A stretch of 64,000 nucleotides of DNA, taken from the NCBI GenBank assembly GCA_964016885.1, contig OZ024752.1, forward strand, positions 16,492,001 through 16,556,000. The letters run 5' to 3'. This document shows, in pieces, positions 31,684-51,290 of this stretch. The stretch comes from Eledone cirrhosa. Lineage: Eukaryota. Numbering within the stretch: position 1 is the first letter of the stretch; each line of letters opens with the position of its first letter. Under the pieces are notes generated by a model. The model did no database searches, had not been told where the DNA came from, and was given only the letters and a program-made list of their open reading frames with translations. The translations under genes and the position numbers were made by a program.

Positions 31684-32879
31684 TAAAACAATGATTAAAA
31701 AATCAAGTCATTAGAAATATACTTCACTGCTTTACGATCGTTTCTAGGTGATGATAATACATCGTAACTATACTTCGTTATCGATCTATGTAAGGTTAGT
31801 TACAAAATATCAGATAAGGAGAATATTTACTTACATGCATATCACCAGCTGTTTTCAAAAGCAATAATAATTTTATTCAAAATTAGTAGTAAATTAGTAT
31901 TATGTTTAGTTCTATGACCTTATTTGGAGGTAGCTGAAGAACTAACCAATCAGATTGTTTTTTTCCATATGATGTTAAGATGAAATCTCATATATCCCCA
32001 ACACTACTATGGACCAAAATATAAAACCTAGCAAAAACTACAAACACCCAAAACACCAAAAAATACCATTAAAGGGGTTATGGTACCCCCAACAACCATC
32101 TTACGTATTTCTGCAATTACAACCATACGTAAGATGGTTGTTGGGGGTACCTATACCATTCTCATTAATCCTTGAGCTATTCCTATTGTAATTAATGTTA
32201 GCGGGAGAATGAGTGCTGCTTTGTAGGTGGTTTAGTGCTGGAGTTGTATTGGGATTTTGTGTTCTGTTGTTTTTGTGTTGGTGATTTGGGTGGTTGTGTT
32301 TTCCAGGTTGAAAGATTGTATTATTTGTCCTTTTAAAGGGTGCAATCCTATTTAAATTATGTTCTGGTGGTGTGGTCATATTATTTTTAAATTTATAAAT
32401 GTTGTAGTCGCTTATTTTTTGCTGGAGATTGTTTGATGTAGAGTATGAGAATTTAACAGTATATCTGTTAAATATTTGGTGGTATCTGTGGTTTGGTGGA
32501 AAATATTTATGTAGAATTTCGAAGAATTTTGGGGGGATTTGTCCAATAGTGTGCAGGTTGAAGGGTGCGTTGTACCATGTTATGTTTCTTTTGCGGTTTT
32601 TAATTAAGTTCTTATTACCATTTATATTATTGTGTTGTGTTCTAGAAGAGTTCCTATGGTTAGTATCCGTATTTGTGGAATTTGGTAAATTGCAGTGGTT
32701 GTATTTGGTGTTATTATTGGGTAGATTATAAGATTTTGAATGCTTGGTATTCATATGTGAGTTGATAACATTGATCATAGATCGTGTAGTAATAGTTGTT
32801 GTGGTTTATCGGTTGTTTGGTGTAATAGGAATAACCCCTTTAATGGTATTTTTTGGTGTTTTGGGTGTTTGTAGTTATA

Positions 32880-38739
<5,860 letters not shown>

Positions 38740-39111
38740 AGTCTTATTTTTTTAAAAAATATATATATTTATTTGGTTCCTTTACCGGTTTCGCAGTTCT
38801 TCTGCTTTTCAAAAGGTGAGTTGAGATGGAAGGTCTGTGGTTTTTCTCACATCTGATGTGAGAAAAACCACAGACCCTCCATCTCAACTCACCTTTTGAA
38901 AAGCAGAAGAACTGCGAAACCGGTAAAGGAACCAAATAAATATATATATTTTAAAAAAAAATAAGACTCCAGTTGCATTTTCGATTTCATCTCTTTTTCT
39001 TTATACTTTCACTCGTGTAGGACACCTCGGTTATTTTTCATTTTGTAAAAAAAACCTCACTTTCTAATATATATATATAAAGATTTCCATATACACAACC
39101 TAGAGAAAGTC

Positions 39112-39194
<83 letters not shown>

Positions 39195-39201
<7 letters not shown>

Positions 39202-39968
39202 TTGGAGCTCTGAAATAGCAATATATATATGAATGTATATATAATGTATTTTGCAATACACTTTATGCTTAATTAAAAGCATTTTGAAGACCGTATGCTA
39301 CTGTTTTAGAGAAGTGACAAACTCACTTACTTTAATCTCAGCAAACAAGGGGAGATAAGCCGACAAGGCCTTGTTTCGCATTTATTGATGCTTATCAAGG
39401 CTAACTACTCCCTCCTGTCTACTGAGATCACTGATGTTATATTCTTATAGAATTCTAGTAAATAATCAGGAACTGATTATACAGAGCGGTTGCCGGTCAG
39501 GCAGAAATTAAAAATTAGAATTGGAGCTCTGAAATAGCAATATATATATGAATGTATATAAAATGTATTTTGCAATACACTTTATGCTTAATTAAAAGCA
39601 TTTTGAAGACCGTATGCTATTGTTTTAGAGTAGTGACAAACTCACTTACTTTAATCTCAGCAAACAAGGGGAGATAAGCCGACAAGGCCTTGTTTCGCAT
39701 TTATTGATGCTTATCAAGGCTAACTACTCCCTCCTGTCTACTGAGATCACTGATGTTATATTCTTATAGAATTCTAGTAAATAATCAAGAACTGATTATA
39801 CAGAGCGGTTGCCGGTCAGGCAGAAATTAAAAATTAGAATTGGAGCTCTGAAATAGCAATATATATATGAATGTATATATAATGTATTTTGCAATACACT
39901 TTATGCTTAATTAAAAGCATTTTGAAGACCGTATGCTATTGTTTTAGAGTAGTGACAAACTCACTTAT
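39195..39968 (-). ncRNA. 319-bp tandem repeat (2.4 copies) with a type I hammerhead in each full monomer (39349-39413, 39668-39732); retrozyme-like
   Basis: Minus strand: gggagtagttagcc TTGATAA gcat-caataa-atgc GAAA caaggccttg TC^ ggcttatctccc. Monomer starts at 39195, 39514 and 39833. Confidence 0.85.
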
Positions 39969-40042
39969 ATATGTTTTTGGCAACCATTCACGATGTGGCT
40001 CAATGACGAATTAATTAATTAAATAATCAACAATCAGAGCAA

Positions 40043-40372
40043 TATACAATAAAGTATGTCCATAGAATCATTTGATAAAATATATACACCATTTCCTCTC
40101 CCAATCAGCACAATCAACCACACAAATAAAAAACAATTAAACCAGATTAAAAGACACCTATGAAGAAATAATAGATAAATAAACGACAGCTATCTATTCG
40201 CGATCAACAGCCATAGAATATTTACCCAGCATTTCCAATAGCAAGTGGGGATCAATTAAATATATCGTCAATTAAATATATCGTTAATTTGTGTGGTTGA
40301 TTATGCTGATTGGGAGAGGAAATGGTGTATATATTTTATCAAATGATTCTATGGACATACTTTATTGTATAT
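40043..40372. repeat. Inverted repeat with ~85-bp arms
   Basis: tatacaataaagtatgtccatagaatc...ccacacaaat / atttgtgtgg...gattctatggacatactttattgtata. Confidence 0.85.
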
Positions 40373-40417
40373 ATATATATATAGGAATATGTGTAAAATC
40401 TTTGGTACAGTTAGGTA

Positions 40418-40795
40418 TATTTGAAAAAAAGGAAAAGAATCACATCACTTGTAGTTCAAAATAATTTTATTTAATTTCATAATATTATAATATTATGAGT
40501 TGGTAGATCTAGTAAGTTCTTTGTTAACTTCGGTGGGAAGAATTTTAAAGATTCCAGGTTAACTTTGTTGGAGAACTTTCTCGCATTCATTGGTGGCGAT
40601 TTCAGTTAACAATCGCCACCGATGAATGCGAGAAAGTTCTCCAACAAAGTTAACCTGGAATCTTTAAAATTCTTCCCACCGAAGTTAACAAAGAACTTAC
40701 TAGATCTACCAATTCATAATATTATAATATTATAAAATTAAATAAAATTATTTTGAACTACAAGTGAAGTCATTCTTTTCCTTTTTTTTCAAATA
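40418..40795. repeat. ~375-bp near-perfect palindrome; related single arm at ~52565-52750
   Basis: Centre ggtggcgatt tcagttaac aatcgccacc; arms extend to tatttgaaaaaaaggaaaagaat / attcttttccttttttttcaaata. Confidence 0.9.
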
Positions 40796-40799
40796 AGAA

Positions 40800-42128
40800 G
40801 ACGATTTAGAGTCGTATGACATAGATAATAACTGGAATTTCTTGCGTGACAACTTACTGCAGGCTACTGAAGAAACTTATGGTTGCGGCAGAGCTTCAAC
40901 CAGACAGAGAGTGACCTGGTGGTGGAACAGCACAGTAGATAGGGCCATTAGAGACAAAAGGCTGGCATGGAAGGCTTGGAAAAACGGTGGGAGTAGAGGA
41001 TACACAGCCGCTAAGAGAGAAGCTAGACGTCAGGTGTACTTAGCACGCAGGGAGGCTGAGAGTAGGAGGTTTGCCAATGTTCTGCGACGGGAATATCTGA
41101 GACGTGCGGTGTTCCGCATTGCAAGGCAGTGTGTCAGTGCAAGTCAGGATGTTGTTGGAGATAAGTGTGTCTGGAATGATGCCGGTGTACTTGGTGTCAT
41201 GAATGATCAAAAGAAGGAGGCCTGGAAATGTCATTATGAGAGACTGATGAATGTGGAGAACGAATGGGAGAGAGAGAAATTACCCCCAGTAGACCCGACA
41301 GAGGGACCAGCTATTGAGATTGACGCTGGACCGTCGGGGATAGTTGCTGAGATGCTGAAGGCGTCAGGGGACAAAGGAACTAAACTGGTTGCACTCATCA
41401 TCAATCAGGCTATATATGGCGGTGTCATACCCAAAGACTGGTGCAACAGTATTCTCATAAATTGCTACAAAGGTAAAGGGGATGCTCTGGAGAGGAGCAA
41501 TTATAGGGGCATAAAACTGATGGATCAGGTTATGAAAGTGGCAGAGAAAATATTAGCGCAACTGATTAGAGAAAGGGTCAAATTAGATGAGATCGAGTTT
41601 GGTTTTGTGCCTCGAAAAAGTACAACAGATGCTCTCTTCTTAGTGAGGCAACTACAAGAGAGGTTCTTAGAGAAGAATAAGCCACTATACTTAGCTTTTG
41701 TTGACCCTAGCGAAGGCCTTTGATAGGGTACCCCGATCTGTCATATGGTGGTCCCTAAGGAAACTAGGTGTAGAGGAATGGCTTGTGAGGACAGTGCAAG
41801 CTATGTACAGGGGTGCTGTCAGTAAAGTGAGAATAGGAATGGAGTTTAGTGAGGAATTCCAGAAACAAGTACGTGTACATCAGGATTCGGTCTTCAACCG
41901 GCTGTTGTTCATTATAGTCCTCCAAGCCATAACAGAGGAGTTTAAGACTGGCTGCCCATGGGAACTTCTCTATGCTGATGATCTGGTTCTTATAGCAGAA
42001 TCAGTAGAGGAGCTAGAGAATAAATTCTGGCTATGGAAACAGCAGTTGGAATCAAGAGGCCTGAAAGTGAACATAGCTAAAACAAAACTGTTGATAAGGA
42101 AATGGCCATGTTCGATATGTAGGAAAGG
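40800..42128 (+). mobile_element. RTE-clade LINE RT fragment, frameshifted and internally deleted
   Basis: TWWWN, AGPSGIVAEMLK, YKGKGDALERSNYRGIKL, FGFVPRKSTTDA, AFVD..KAFDRVPR, LLYADDL, KWPCSICRKG. Confidence 0.9.
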
Positions 42129-42373
42129 AACTGGGGTGTTCTGGGCTTTGGAGATGGTCGTGTTGAGGTTCACCGGATATTCTTGTCTTTTAAGGAACTC
42201 TTGTAGTTCATATAATGTTTTTTCCTGTAGTGTGGCGTGTGTTACTATGGTGCAGATGCATCTTGCCACGTTAAAGGGAATGTTCCTTTTGGTATGTGAG
42301 AGGTGTGCTGATTGGAAATTCAAGTATTAGTGTGTCTGTTGGGTTGTAAAATAAGTCTGTTTTGATATTTTCC
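42129..42373 (-). pseudogene. Duplicated PLE thumb fragment fused to the RTE fragment
   Basis: Near-copy of ~43338-43582 (SAHxSHTKRNIPFN...). Confidence 0.8.
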
Positions 42374-43225
42374 CCTAGAGATCTGCTGGACTGTGGGTCA
42401 GATCTAGAAATGTTCTGGACAGTGGATCAAACCTAGAGATGTTCTGGACAGTGGATCGGACCTAGAGATGTTCTGGACAGTGGATAAGACCTAGAGATCT
42501 GCTGGACAGTGGATCAGACCTAGAGATGTTCTGGACAATGGGTCAGACTTGGAAATCTGCTGGACAATGGATTAAACCTAGGATGTTCTGGACAGTGGGT
42601 CAGACTTGGACATTTGTTGGACATTGGATCAGATCTGGAAATGTGTTAGACAGTGGATCAGACCTAGAGATATTCTGGACAGTGGATCAAGCCTAGAGAT
42701 CTGCTAGGAAGTGGATCAAACCTAGAGAAGCGCTAAGCAGGGGATCACACCTGGAGATCTGTTGGACGGCGGATCACAGCTGAAAATAGACTGGATCACA
42801 GCTGGAGATCTGCTGAACAATGGATCATAACTGGAGATCTGCTGGACAATGGTCACAGCTGAAGATCTGCTGGACAATGGATCTTAGCTGAAGATCTGCT
42901 GGACACAAGATTAAACCTGGAATCAATAACTTCTATAGCTCAATTCCTGACTACATATCGACACACATAAACCTACGCTCATATATATAAGCCACGCGCA
43001 ACAAACAATTCACTTTTACTCTCCAAACATCCAGCCCTGCTAAAGTGAATTCACCACCCTAGTTCATTTAATTCTGAACCTCTCCTGATACATGCTTACA
43101 TTATATTTGTTTGCTAAAAATATTTTCATTTACGTGCCTGTTTGGCTATATTATCATGGGTGTGCCCCTGTGTTTGTTTGACAGCATTTTATTATCTGCA
43201 CGTTTACCAATAAATCAATTCATGC
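42374..43225 (-). repeat. Inverted copy of 49930-51640 with degenerate 29-bp repeats
   Basis: Reverse-complement match; only ~4 copies of the gatccattgtccagcagatcttcagctgt unit here. Confidence 0.85.
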
Positions 43226-43850
43226 CTACATGTAAGAGATATGTGTACATATGTGTACATATTGATTGTGAGTGATGACAAAAGAGATAACTGTGTTTTT
43301 CATTTTGTTTTGTTGCTTTGTTTTTCTCACTGTTATCACTGGGGTGTTCTGGGCTTTGGAGATGGTCGTGTTGAGGTTCACCGGATATTCTTGTCTTTTA
43401 AGGAACTCTTTTAGTTCATATAATCTTTTTTCCTGTAGTGTGGGGTGTGTTACTATGGTGCAGATGAGTCTTGCCATGTTAAAAGGAATGTTCCTTTTGG
43501 TATGTGAGGGGTGTGCTGATTGGAAATTCAAGTATTGGTGTGTGTCTGTTGGTTTGTAAAATAAGTCTGTTTTGATATTTTCCCCTTCTTTAATGATAAG
43601 GATATCCAGAAACGGTAGTTCCTTTTTTATTACATTCCATGGTGAATTTTATTTCTTCCTGAAGATTGTTTATGATGGAATGGAATCTTTGAAGGTCTTC
43701 TTGGCTTCTATTCCAGAAGATGAAGCAGTCGTCTAGGTAGCGTTTCCAGTTGTGACTAATGTAGGTGGCGAAGTCATGACTGAATGTTTCCTGCAGTTTG
43801 GAATGTAATTTTGCCTCTAGGTGGCCCATAACGAGTGTTTTATTTGTAAA
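43226..43850 (-). mobile_element. Inverted, 5'-truncated PLE RT copy; resumes at 47329-~47420 beyond the Helitron
   Basis: WKRYLDDCF, YKPT, SAHPSHTKRNIPF; reverse complement of ~49200-49940. Confidence 0.88.
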
Positions 43851-46800
43851 CTAGCAGTTTAGCCCGGCGTTGCTCGGGTTTGTTCATTTGCTCTGAAAAA
43901 TTACATACAGGTAAACGTGGCTTGAAAGGGAATAAGCTTATCAATTAAGTGCATAAAGCAGTTGAACCGGTTATTAAAAGTTACGAACCAATTAGCATTT
44001 TGGACAATCAATAATAGGTTAATAATCTTCCAATAGCGAATTTAGTAGACCAAAGTTGCAAGATGGTGGCCCTGATGCCGCTAGGTGTCAGATCTGTCCG
44101 CCATGGGTGACACTACCAGTTTTCCAGACGGCATAGCTCCAACACCTCCAACACCTCCACCAACATCTATAGCACCTCTTTATAGACGATATTGCGTGTC
44201 ATCTCTTGAGGAGTGTAAACAAAAAGTCTATTCCTGCTCCCTACGCGGGAACAGGCAACATAAAGTTGGCCATGGGAGAAGCATGGCTCCCTCAAATGGA
44301 TGCCCGCTACCGACAATGTTTGCCCTTGTGACTTGTTAATGGACATGGCAAAACATGGTCTCACCGGGAATTGGGATCGCTGGAAATCGAATGGGATATC
44401 TGACGCCGAGGGGAAAAGGTTGATCCTTGGAATGAAAACATTCTCCTCTCTCCCGCACCCCGTTACAATGGTGGCCTCAATCAAGTGTGGCGTCAGTGAC
44501 TTGACGACCATGCGAGTACCGTTGCACTTGCTCTTCACCGGGAATCTTCTCAATCATCTGCTCGTTAATAAAGTTAACTATGGTATTTTTCGGAGCAAGA
44601 ATGGCTCTTTCGCTGAGCCAATCGAGGTTTTTAAAGTTAGATGAGACATTAGGAAAACCTGCTTCCTAAAGGTCAGAAGGGCTGCTTACAATGTTGCACA
44701 GGGAGTCGATTGCTATGCCGCCCTTGTCATCCGCAGGGACCTTGCCCTCACCAAGTGCTAAAATGTTCTGAGCAAATGCTGCAGACATGTTGTCACCATG
44801 CAAATGAGCATATTTGTGCTCAGGTACAAACTCTTCACCTGGAGCCACAACATGGACGATTTAAGGCAGGCATGCACTTCATCAGCTCTTGTCCTTTTGG
44901 GGATGACAGGAAGCGTTTGCCGAAAATCCCCTGATAGCAGAAGGGTTACGCCACCCATAGGAGCCGTAGAATCCCTAATGTCTTTCAGGGTCTTGTCCAA
45001 TGCCTCAAGAGCACCCTTGTGTGCCATTGTGTACTCATCCCAAACAATGAGGCAACATATTTTGAGAACCAGAGCTTCGTGTGAATTCTTGCTGATATTA
45101 CATGTTGGTGTCAAAAATCCAAGGGGAGTTTAAAGGTTGAATGTGCTGTCCTGCCCCCGGTAGCAAAGTAGCAGCGTTCCCGGACGATGCAACGGCCAAC
45201 GCAATTTTTTCTCCTGACGAATCTTAGCGAGAATCAATTTCGTTACAAAAGTTTTTTTCGGTACCCCCAGGAACATCGAGAAAGTAAATACCCCCAGTCT
45301 GATTTTGGACCGCGTCAATGATAGTTAAATAGGCCAACCTTTGGTCCGACAGAAGTTTGGGCTCATTTTCCTCTAAGTATTGGGAAAGAGATTCGATGTC
45401 ATATGCTGTTTCCCGCAACAAATCCGGGGCCAACGTGTTAGCTTCTTCTCTGACGGCAAGCCATACGCCGCCAACTCACTCCCACCCATGTCGAGGAGGG
45501 CGTCCTCGATATCAATGAGTGCTCTGTTGTAGATAATGTCGCTGTAACCAACTTCCACTGAAGGATACTGCAGATGAGCCAGGCGCAGGAAGTCCCCAGA
45601 CATGAAGTCTCTGTACTTGACATATAAAGTTTTGGGATCACCCAATTCCCACTTTTGAAGCAAAATGGCAAAGAGTTCCCGTAGACCTTTAGGTGATTTC
45701 AACAAAGCACCCTCTGCTAAAGTGGAATCCCATTGCGAATCATCTTCCAAAAGACCACGCTTAAATAAGGCTTCCCGGTACGTATCACATATTTCTCCAT
45801 CAACAGTTTTGAGGTCCTGAAAGCTTTGTTGGCCTACAACTTCATGCAGAAGAAGTCGGAGATGAAAGCACTCATGCTGACTTGGGGCACAGTGTAAACC
45901 CTTCCAAGACAGCTGTCAAATTTTACACCAGGATGTCTTTCAACAGCCTGATCTGACTTTCTTCGCACCCAAGTGTTTTTCGACCATATAAAGTAGGATG
46001 GAACCTGAGGGTACACAATTGTTTGCGCAAATGTATCGAACTGTCAAAGTTTGAAGAAACCCGTCAGAGTGGTCTCTTTCGGATCGGCGGTCAACTTGGC
46101 GGCGGTTAGGTCCGTAAAGTAAACCCTTTGCCCATTTTCCAAATGTACCGCAAGCTGTACGATAGCGAGGTACTGTTGGTGTAGGGGTAAACCAAATAGG
46201 CGCCAAAAAGCTTCATTGCTACTGATGTACCGCCCCGCCAGGTATTCTGTGACCTCGTCCCTGCTATTTTCAGCTTGAAATGCGAACATTGCGGCATCAG
46301 AGCCCTTATTTACATATTTGCATATGTATTTTATCGACTTGACGGAGTTGCACAACTCAACGTTGAACATCTTCAAGAGACGCGGGCAGTAAGGGACCAC
46401 CCATCTATTGTCGACTTGACCTCTCTTTACTGATGTGGTGAATCCACCGTTCTCGAGCCGTCCCGCCTGTACAGGGGGTACCCGTCGCCACCAGTCTGGT
46501 CAACAATTCTTTTTGGGTATCCCTTACTGAACGACCCCCCTTTCCGACACGTGTGATGCTCATTAGGACCCGACGCACACGGACCATGTTAGCTTTGACG
46601 ATGTCATGTAATTCCTGGTCAGTTGCTGGGTTAGGGATTTCAGCCGAAATGAAGCTGTCTGTGGCATTTGAATTGATTTTATCAGCTAACCAAATCAAAA
46701 TATGAGCATGTGGCAGCCCTCGTTTTTGCCATTCGACGGTGAACATGTCACATTTTACAGCCTGGAATACCTGACCCTTTTTGATTAAAGCCATGAGTTT

Positions 46801-47328
46801 AGCCAGTTTCAGTCGGAACACTCTGGCAATGAGGTCGTGTCTGTTCGAATAATTTTGCCCAGGAAAAGGTTCACGGATTACATTCCGATTCATATGTCTA
46901 TAGCATTAATCTGTTATATGAAGTATTATTTTGCGGGTTGTTATTTGCAATAAGCCGTATGTCAATACGGAACGCTCCACTGCAGTGTTGTCATATAGGG
47001 AGTGAAGAGCGACAAAGGAGAGTAAAGCAGTTAAATTATAGAGAGAGGGAATATACGGAACGCTCCATTTGATCATAAACATTGTTTCTCTCTCTGCAGT
47101 GTTGTCATATAGGGAGCGAAGAGCGACAGAGAGAGTAAAGCAGTTAAATTATAGAGAGGGGGAATGATCATGATCGATTTTTGCCCTTATTGTTGATGGA
47201 TTTGAAATGTATTTGCTTCCTGACCAAAAGCAATAATTGTCCTGACTTTGAATTGAATCCGTTGGAAATTGTGGACGTGCATACGTTACAAACCTTAACA
47301 CACACATCCTCAGATTTATATATATAGA
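43851..47328 (-). mobile_element. Helitron with both termini, degenerate and internally deleted RepHel
   Basis: 5' TCTATATATATAAATC at 47328; 3' hairpin acccgagc-aac-gccgggct then CTAG at 43851; inserted at A^T with no TSD. HUH motif VEWQKRGLPHAHIL, KYICKYVNKG; helicase motifs [45 protein letters not shown]. Confidence 0.95.
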
Positions 47329-47604
47329 TGCAGTTCGTTATCAAAAAGGAAGTGGTTGTTCTCCAGTACTAATTTGAGTCCTTCCAAAATAATTTCTGGG
47401 GGAATCTCTCTGAAATGTAAGAGAAGAATAAGGATAGTTTTGGAATATTTGTCAGAAATGTATGTTGATATTGGTTTGGGAGGGTAAGTGTGTGTGGGGA
47501 TATGCTAGCTCACATATTCACTTCCCTACATCTAAATTACATACAGGCCATATATATTACATACCCACACGCCATATATATTACATACCCACACGCACAC
47601 ACAT

Positions 47605-47684
<80 letters not shown>

Positions 47685-47698
47685 GCACACACACACAT

Positions 47699-47729
<31 letters not shown>

Positions 47730-48212
47730 CATACATATTTGTACACATATACATACATATATATATATACACCTACATATGATTACAAGAATATGAAAAC
47801 AACTATGGGAAAGACCAAATAAAATCCCCCAAAACAAGCACATAAGAAACCCTCAAATTCTGAATATACAAAAACACAAGAAATGAAGAATCGGAGAATC
47901 CCAAACACACAATTATACACAGACCAAATACTGAACACCAGAACCAGACACAACTACTGTCAAACCCCCAAGAACAATTACCAGGGCAAAATCAAAGACA
48001 TATGAAGACCGAACGGAACAGCAGAAAAACTAGACCCCCATATATCAACCAACAAACAAAATACTACCATTCAGAAAATTATCAACATGAAATGCTAGCA
48101 AACAGAATATTTCGACATACAGAAACACCGCTACCTCAAATGGGAATTATTTTTTAGGAAAAGGTGCCTCCCAACAAATGAAAGGAAAAAAGAAAAAAAC
48201 ACCACCCTTCAA

Positions 48213-49955
48213 GTGGCACCCGACGAGATAACTCCAAAGGAACCAAAACTAATCAACGTATCGGCCAAAAATCTAAAACTACAGAAAATCAAACTACTAG
48301 AAAATGGACTGAAATTCACACCCACTCCAAAAGCAGATCAAGCCGACCTTATTATAAAAGACAGAAGAATTTTGTCAAAAATTACGTCTAGGAGAATTCT
48401 TCCAGGGTGTAGAATACGAGGAGGAATCACTAGTGAAAAACAAAAAGAACTTCAAACCTCCGTTAAATAGAGACAAACACCTGGAGGGTTACATAACCTA
48501 CCTCCGACGATCAGCACAGTCAAATACTGCAGAGACGAAACACAAACACAACATCCCTACAGACCAACTGCTAGCACTAAACAAGCTACAAAAAGACTTC
48601 TCAATAATCATAAAAGAAGCGTACAAAGGTGGAGCAATCGTCATCATGGACAAAAACTGTTCTAGGACCATATCCTTGTAGTGACAAGGATATGGTCCTA
48701 GAATGAGGATTTTTACAGGAAAATCAGCAAAAGCGAAGAAAGAAAATTGATGATTAAAGTAGGCAAACTGACGACCAAGTACCAAAACAACCTCACACTA
48801 AAGGAAATCAATTACTTAACCAACTTCGAAATGAAAACCAGCAATTTTTATGGTTTACCGAAGGTTTACAAATCCAGAGAAATCCAAAAAAACATAAAAG
48901 ACAAAAATACATCATATGTTGAAGTACCAAGACCGACAGATTTAAAATTACGCCCAATTGTTGCTGGACCAGCCTCAAGCACACAATGTCTAAGCAAACT
49001 ATTAGACATCATACCGAAACCCTTATGTAAAAAAGTGCCAAGCTTCATCAGAGATGATATGAAATTCCTGAACTATATCCCCCAGAAAGTACACCAAGAA
49101 ACAATCTTAGTCAGCTTTGACGTAACAAGCTTATATACTAACATCCCACACGACTTAGGAATTGAAGCTGTTGACTTCTGGATTACAAAACATCCAGACT
49201 ACATTTCAGAGAGATTCCCACAAAACTTTATTTTGGAAGGACTCAAACTAGTACTGGAAAACAACCACTTCCTTTTTGATAACTAACTATATTTACAAAT
49301 AAAAGGAACAGCCATGGGTACCAAAGTGGCTCCAACATATGCACCACTCGTTATGGGCCACCTGGAGGGAAAATTACATTCTAAACAGCAGGAAACATTC
49401 AGTCATGACTTCGCCACCTACATTAATCACAACTGGAAACGCTACCTAGACGACTGCTTCATCTTCTGGAATAGAAGCCAAGGAGACCTTCAAAGATTCC
49501 ATTCCATCATAAACAATCTTCAGGAAGAAATAAAATTCACCATGGAATGTAATAAAAAGGAACTACCGTTTCTGGATATCCTTATCATTAAAGAAGGGGA
49601 AAATATCAAAACAGACTTATTTTACAAACCAACAGACATACACCAATACTTGAATTTCCAATCAGCACACCCCTCACATACCAAAAGGAACATTCCTTTT
49701 AACATGGCAAGACTCATCTGCACCATAGTAACACACCCCACACTACAGGAAAAAAGATTATATGAACTAAAAGAGTTCCTTAAAAGACAAGAATATCCGG
49801 TGAACCTCAACACGGCCATCTCCAAAGCCCAGAACACCCCAGTGACAACAGTGAGGAAAACAAAACAACAAAACAAAATGAAAAAACAGTTATCTCTTTT
49901 GCCATCACTCACAATCAATATGTACACATATCTCTTACATGTAGGCATGAATTGA
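48213..49955 (+). mobile_element. Penelope-like (Neptune/Poseidon-type) reverse transcriptase, frameshifted; no endonuclease domain seen
   Basis: LENGLKFTPTP, IIIKEAYKGGAIVIMD, FYGLPKVYK, LRPIVAG, SFDVTSLYTNIPH, GTAMGTKVAPTYA, RYLDDCF, LPFLDI, YKPTD. Confidence 0.92.
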
Positions 49956-50221
49956 TAGGGCACACCTATGATAATATAGCCAAACAGGCACGTAAATGAA
50001 AATATATTTAGCAAACAAATATAATGTAAGCATGTATCAGGAGAGGTTCAGGATTAAATGAACTAGGGTGGTGAATTCACTTTAGCAGGGCTGGATGTTT
50101 GGGGAGTAAAAGTGAATTGTTTGTTGCACGTGGTTTATATATATGAGCGTAGGTTTATGTGTGTCGATATGTAGTCAGGAATTGAGCTATAGAAGTTATT
50201 GATTCCAGGTTTAATCTTGTG

Positions 50222-51290
50222 TCCAGCAGATCTTCAGCTACGATCCATTGTCCAGCACATCTTCAGCTGTGATCCATTGTCCAGCAGATCTTCAGCTGTG
50301 ATCCATTGTCCAGCAGATCTTCAGCTGTGATCCATTGTCCAGCAGATCTTCAGCTGTGATCCATTGTCCAGCAGATCTTCAGCTGTGATCCATTGTCCAG
50401 CAGATCTTCAGCTGTGATCCATTGTCCAGCAGATCTTCAGCTATGACCCATTGTCCAGCACATCTTCAGCTGTGATCCATTGTCCAGCAGATCTTCAGCT
50501 GTGATCCATTGTCCAGCAGATCTTCAGCTGTGACCCATTGTCCAGCAGATCTTCAGCTGTGACCCATTGTCCAGCAGATCTTCAGCTGTGATCCATTGTC
50601 CAGCAGATCTTCAGCTGTGATCCATTGTCCAGCAGATCTTCAGCTGTGATCCATTGTCCAGCAGATCTTCAGCTGTGACCCATTGTCCAGCAGATCTTCA
50701 GCTGTGACCCATTGTCCAGCAGATCTTCAGCTGTGATCCATTCTCCAGCAGATCTTCAGCTGTGATCCATTGTCCAGCAGATCTTCAGCTGTGATCCATT
50801 GTCCAGCAGATCTTCAGCTGTGATCCATTGTCCAGCAGATCTTCAGCTGTGATCCATTGTCCAGCAGATCTTCAGCTATGATCCATTGTCCAGCAGATCT
50901 TCAGCTGTGATCCATTGTCCAGCAGATCTTCAGCTGTGACCCATTGTCCAGCAGATCTTCAGCTGTGACCCATTGTCCAGCAGATCTTCAGCTGTGATCC
51001 ATTGTCCAGCAGATCTTCAGCTGTGATCCATTGTCCAGCAGATCTTCAGCTGTGATCCATTGTCCAGCAGATCTTCAGCTGTGATCCATTGTCCAGCAGA
51101 TCTTCAGCTGTGATCCATTGTCCAGCAGATCTTCAGCTATGATCCATTGTCCAGCAGATCTTCAGCTGTGATCCATTGTCCAGCAGATCTTCAGCTATGA
51201 TCCATTGTCCAGCAGAACTCCAGATGTGATCTATTGTTCAGCAGATCTCCAGCTGTGATCCATTGTTCAGCAGATCTTCAGCTGTAATCC
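50222..51290. repeat. 29-bp minisatellite, ~35 copies; degenerate copies continue to ~51650
   Basis: Unit gatccattgtccagcagatcttcagctgt. Confidence 0.97.

Noticed and set aside
41698-42330. RTE-PLE fusion protein
   Set aside because: The PLE part is antisense and both parts are degenerate; a chance read-through across a junction.
50222-51290. CTGAAGA in the minus strand of every 29-bp unit
   Set aside because: No GAAA or stem III in the unit, so not a hammerhead.
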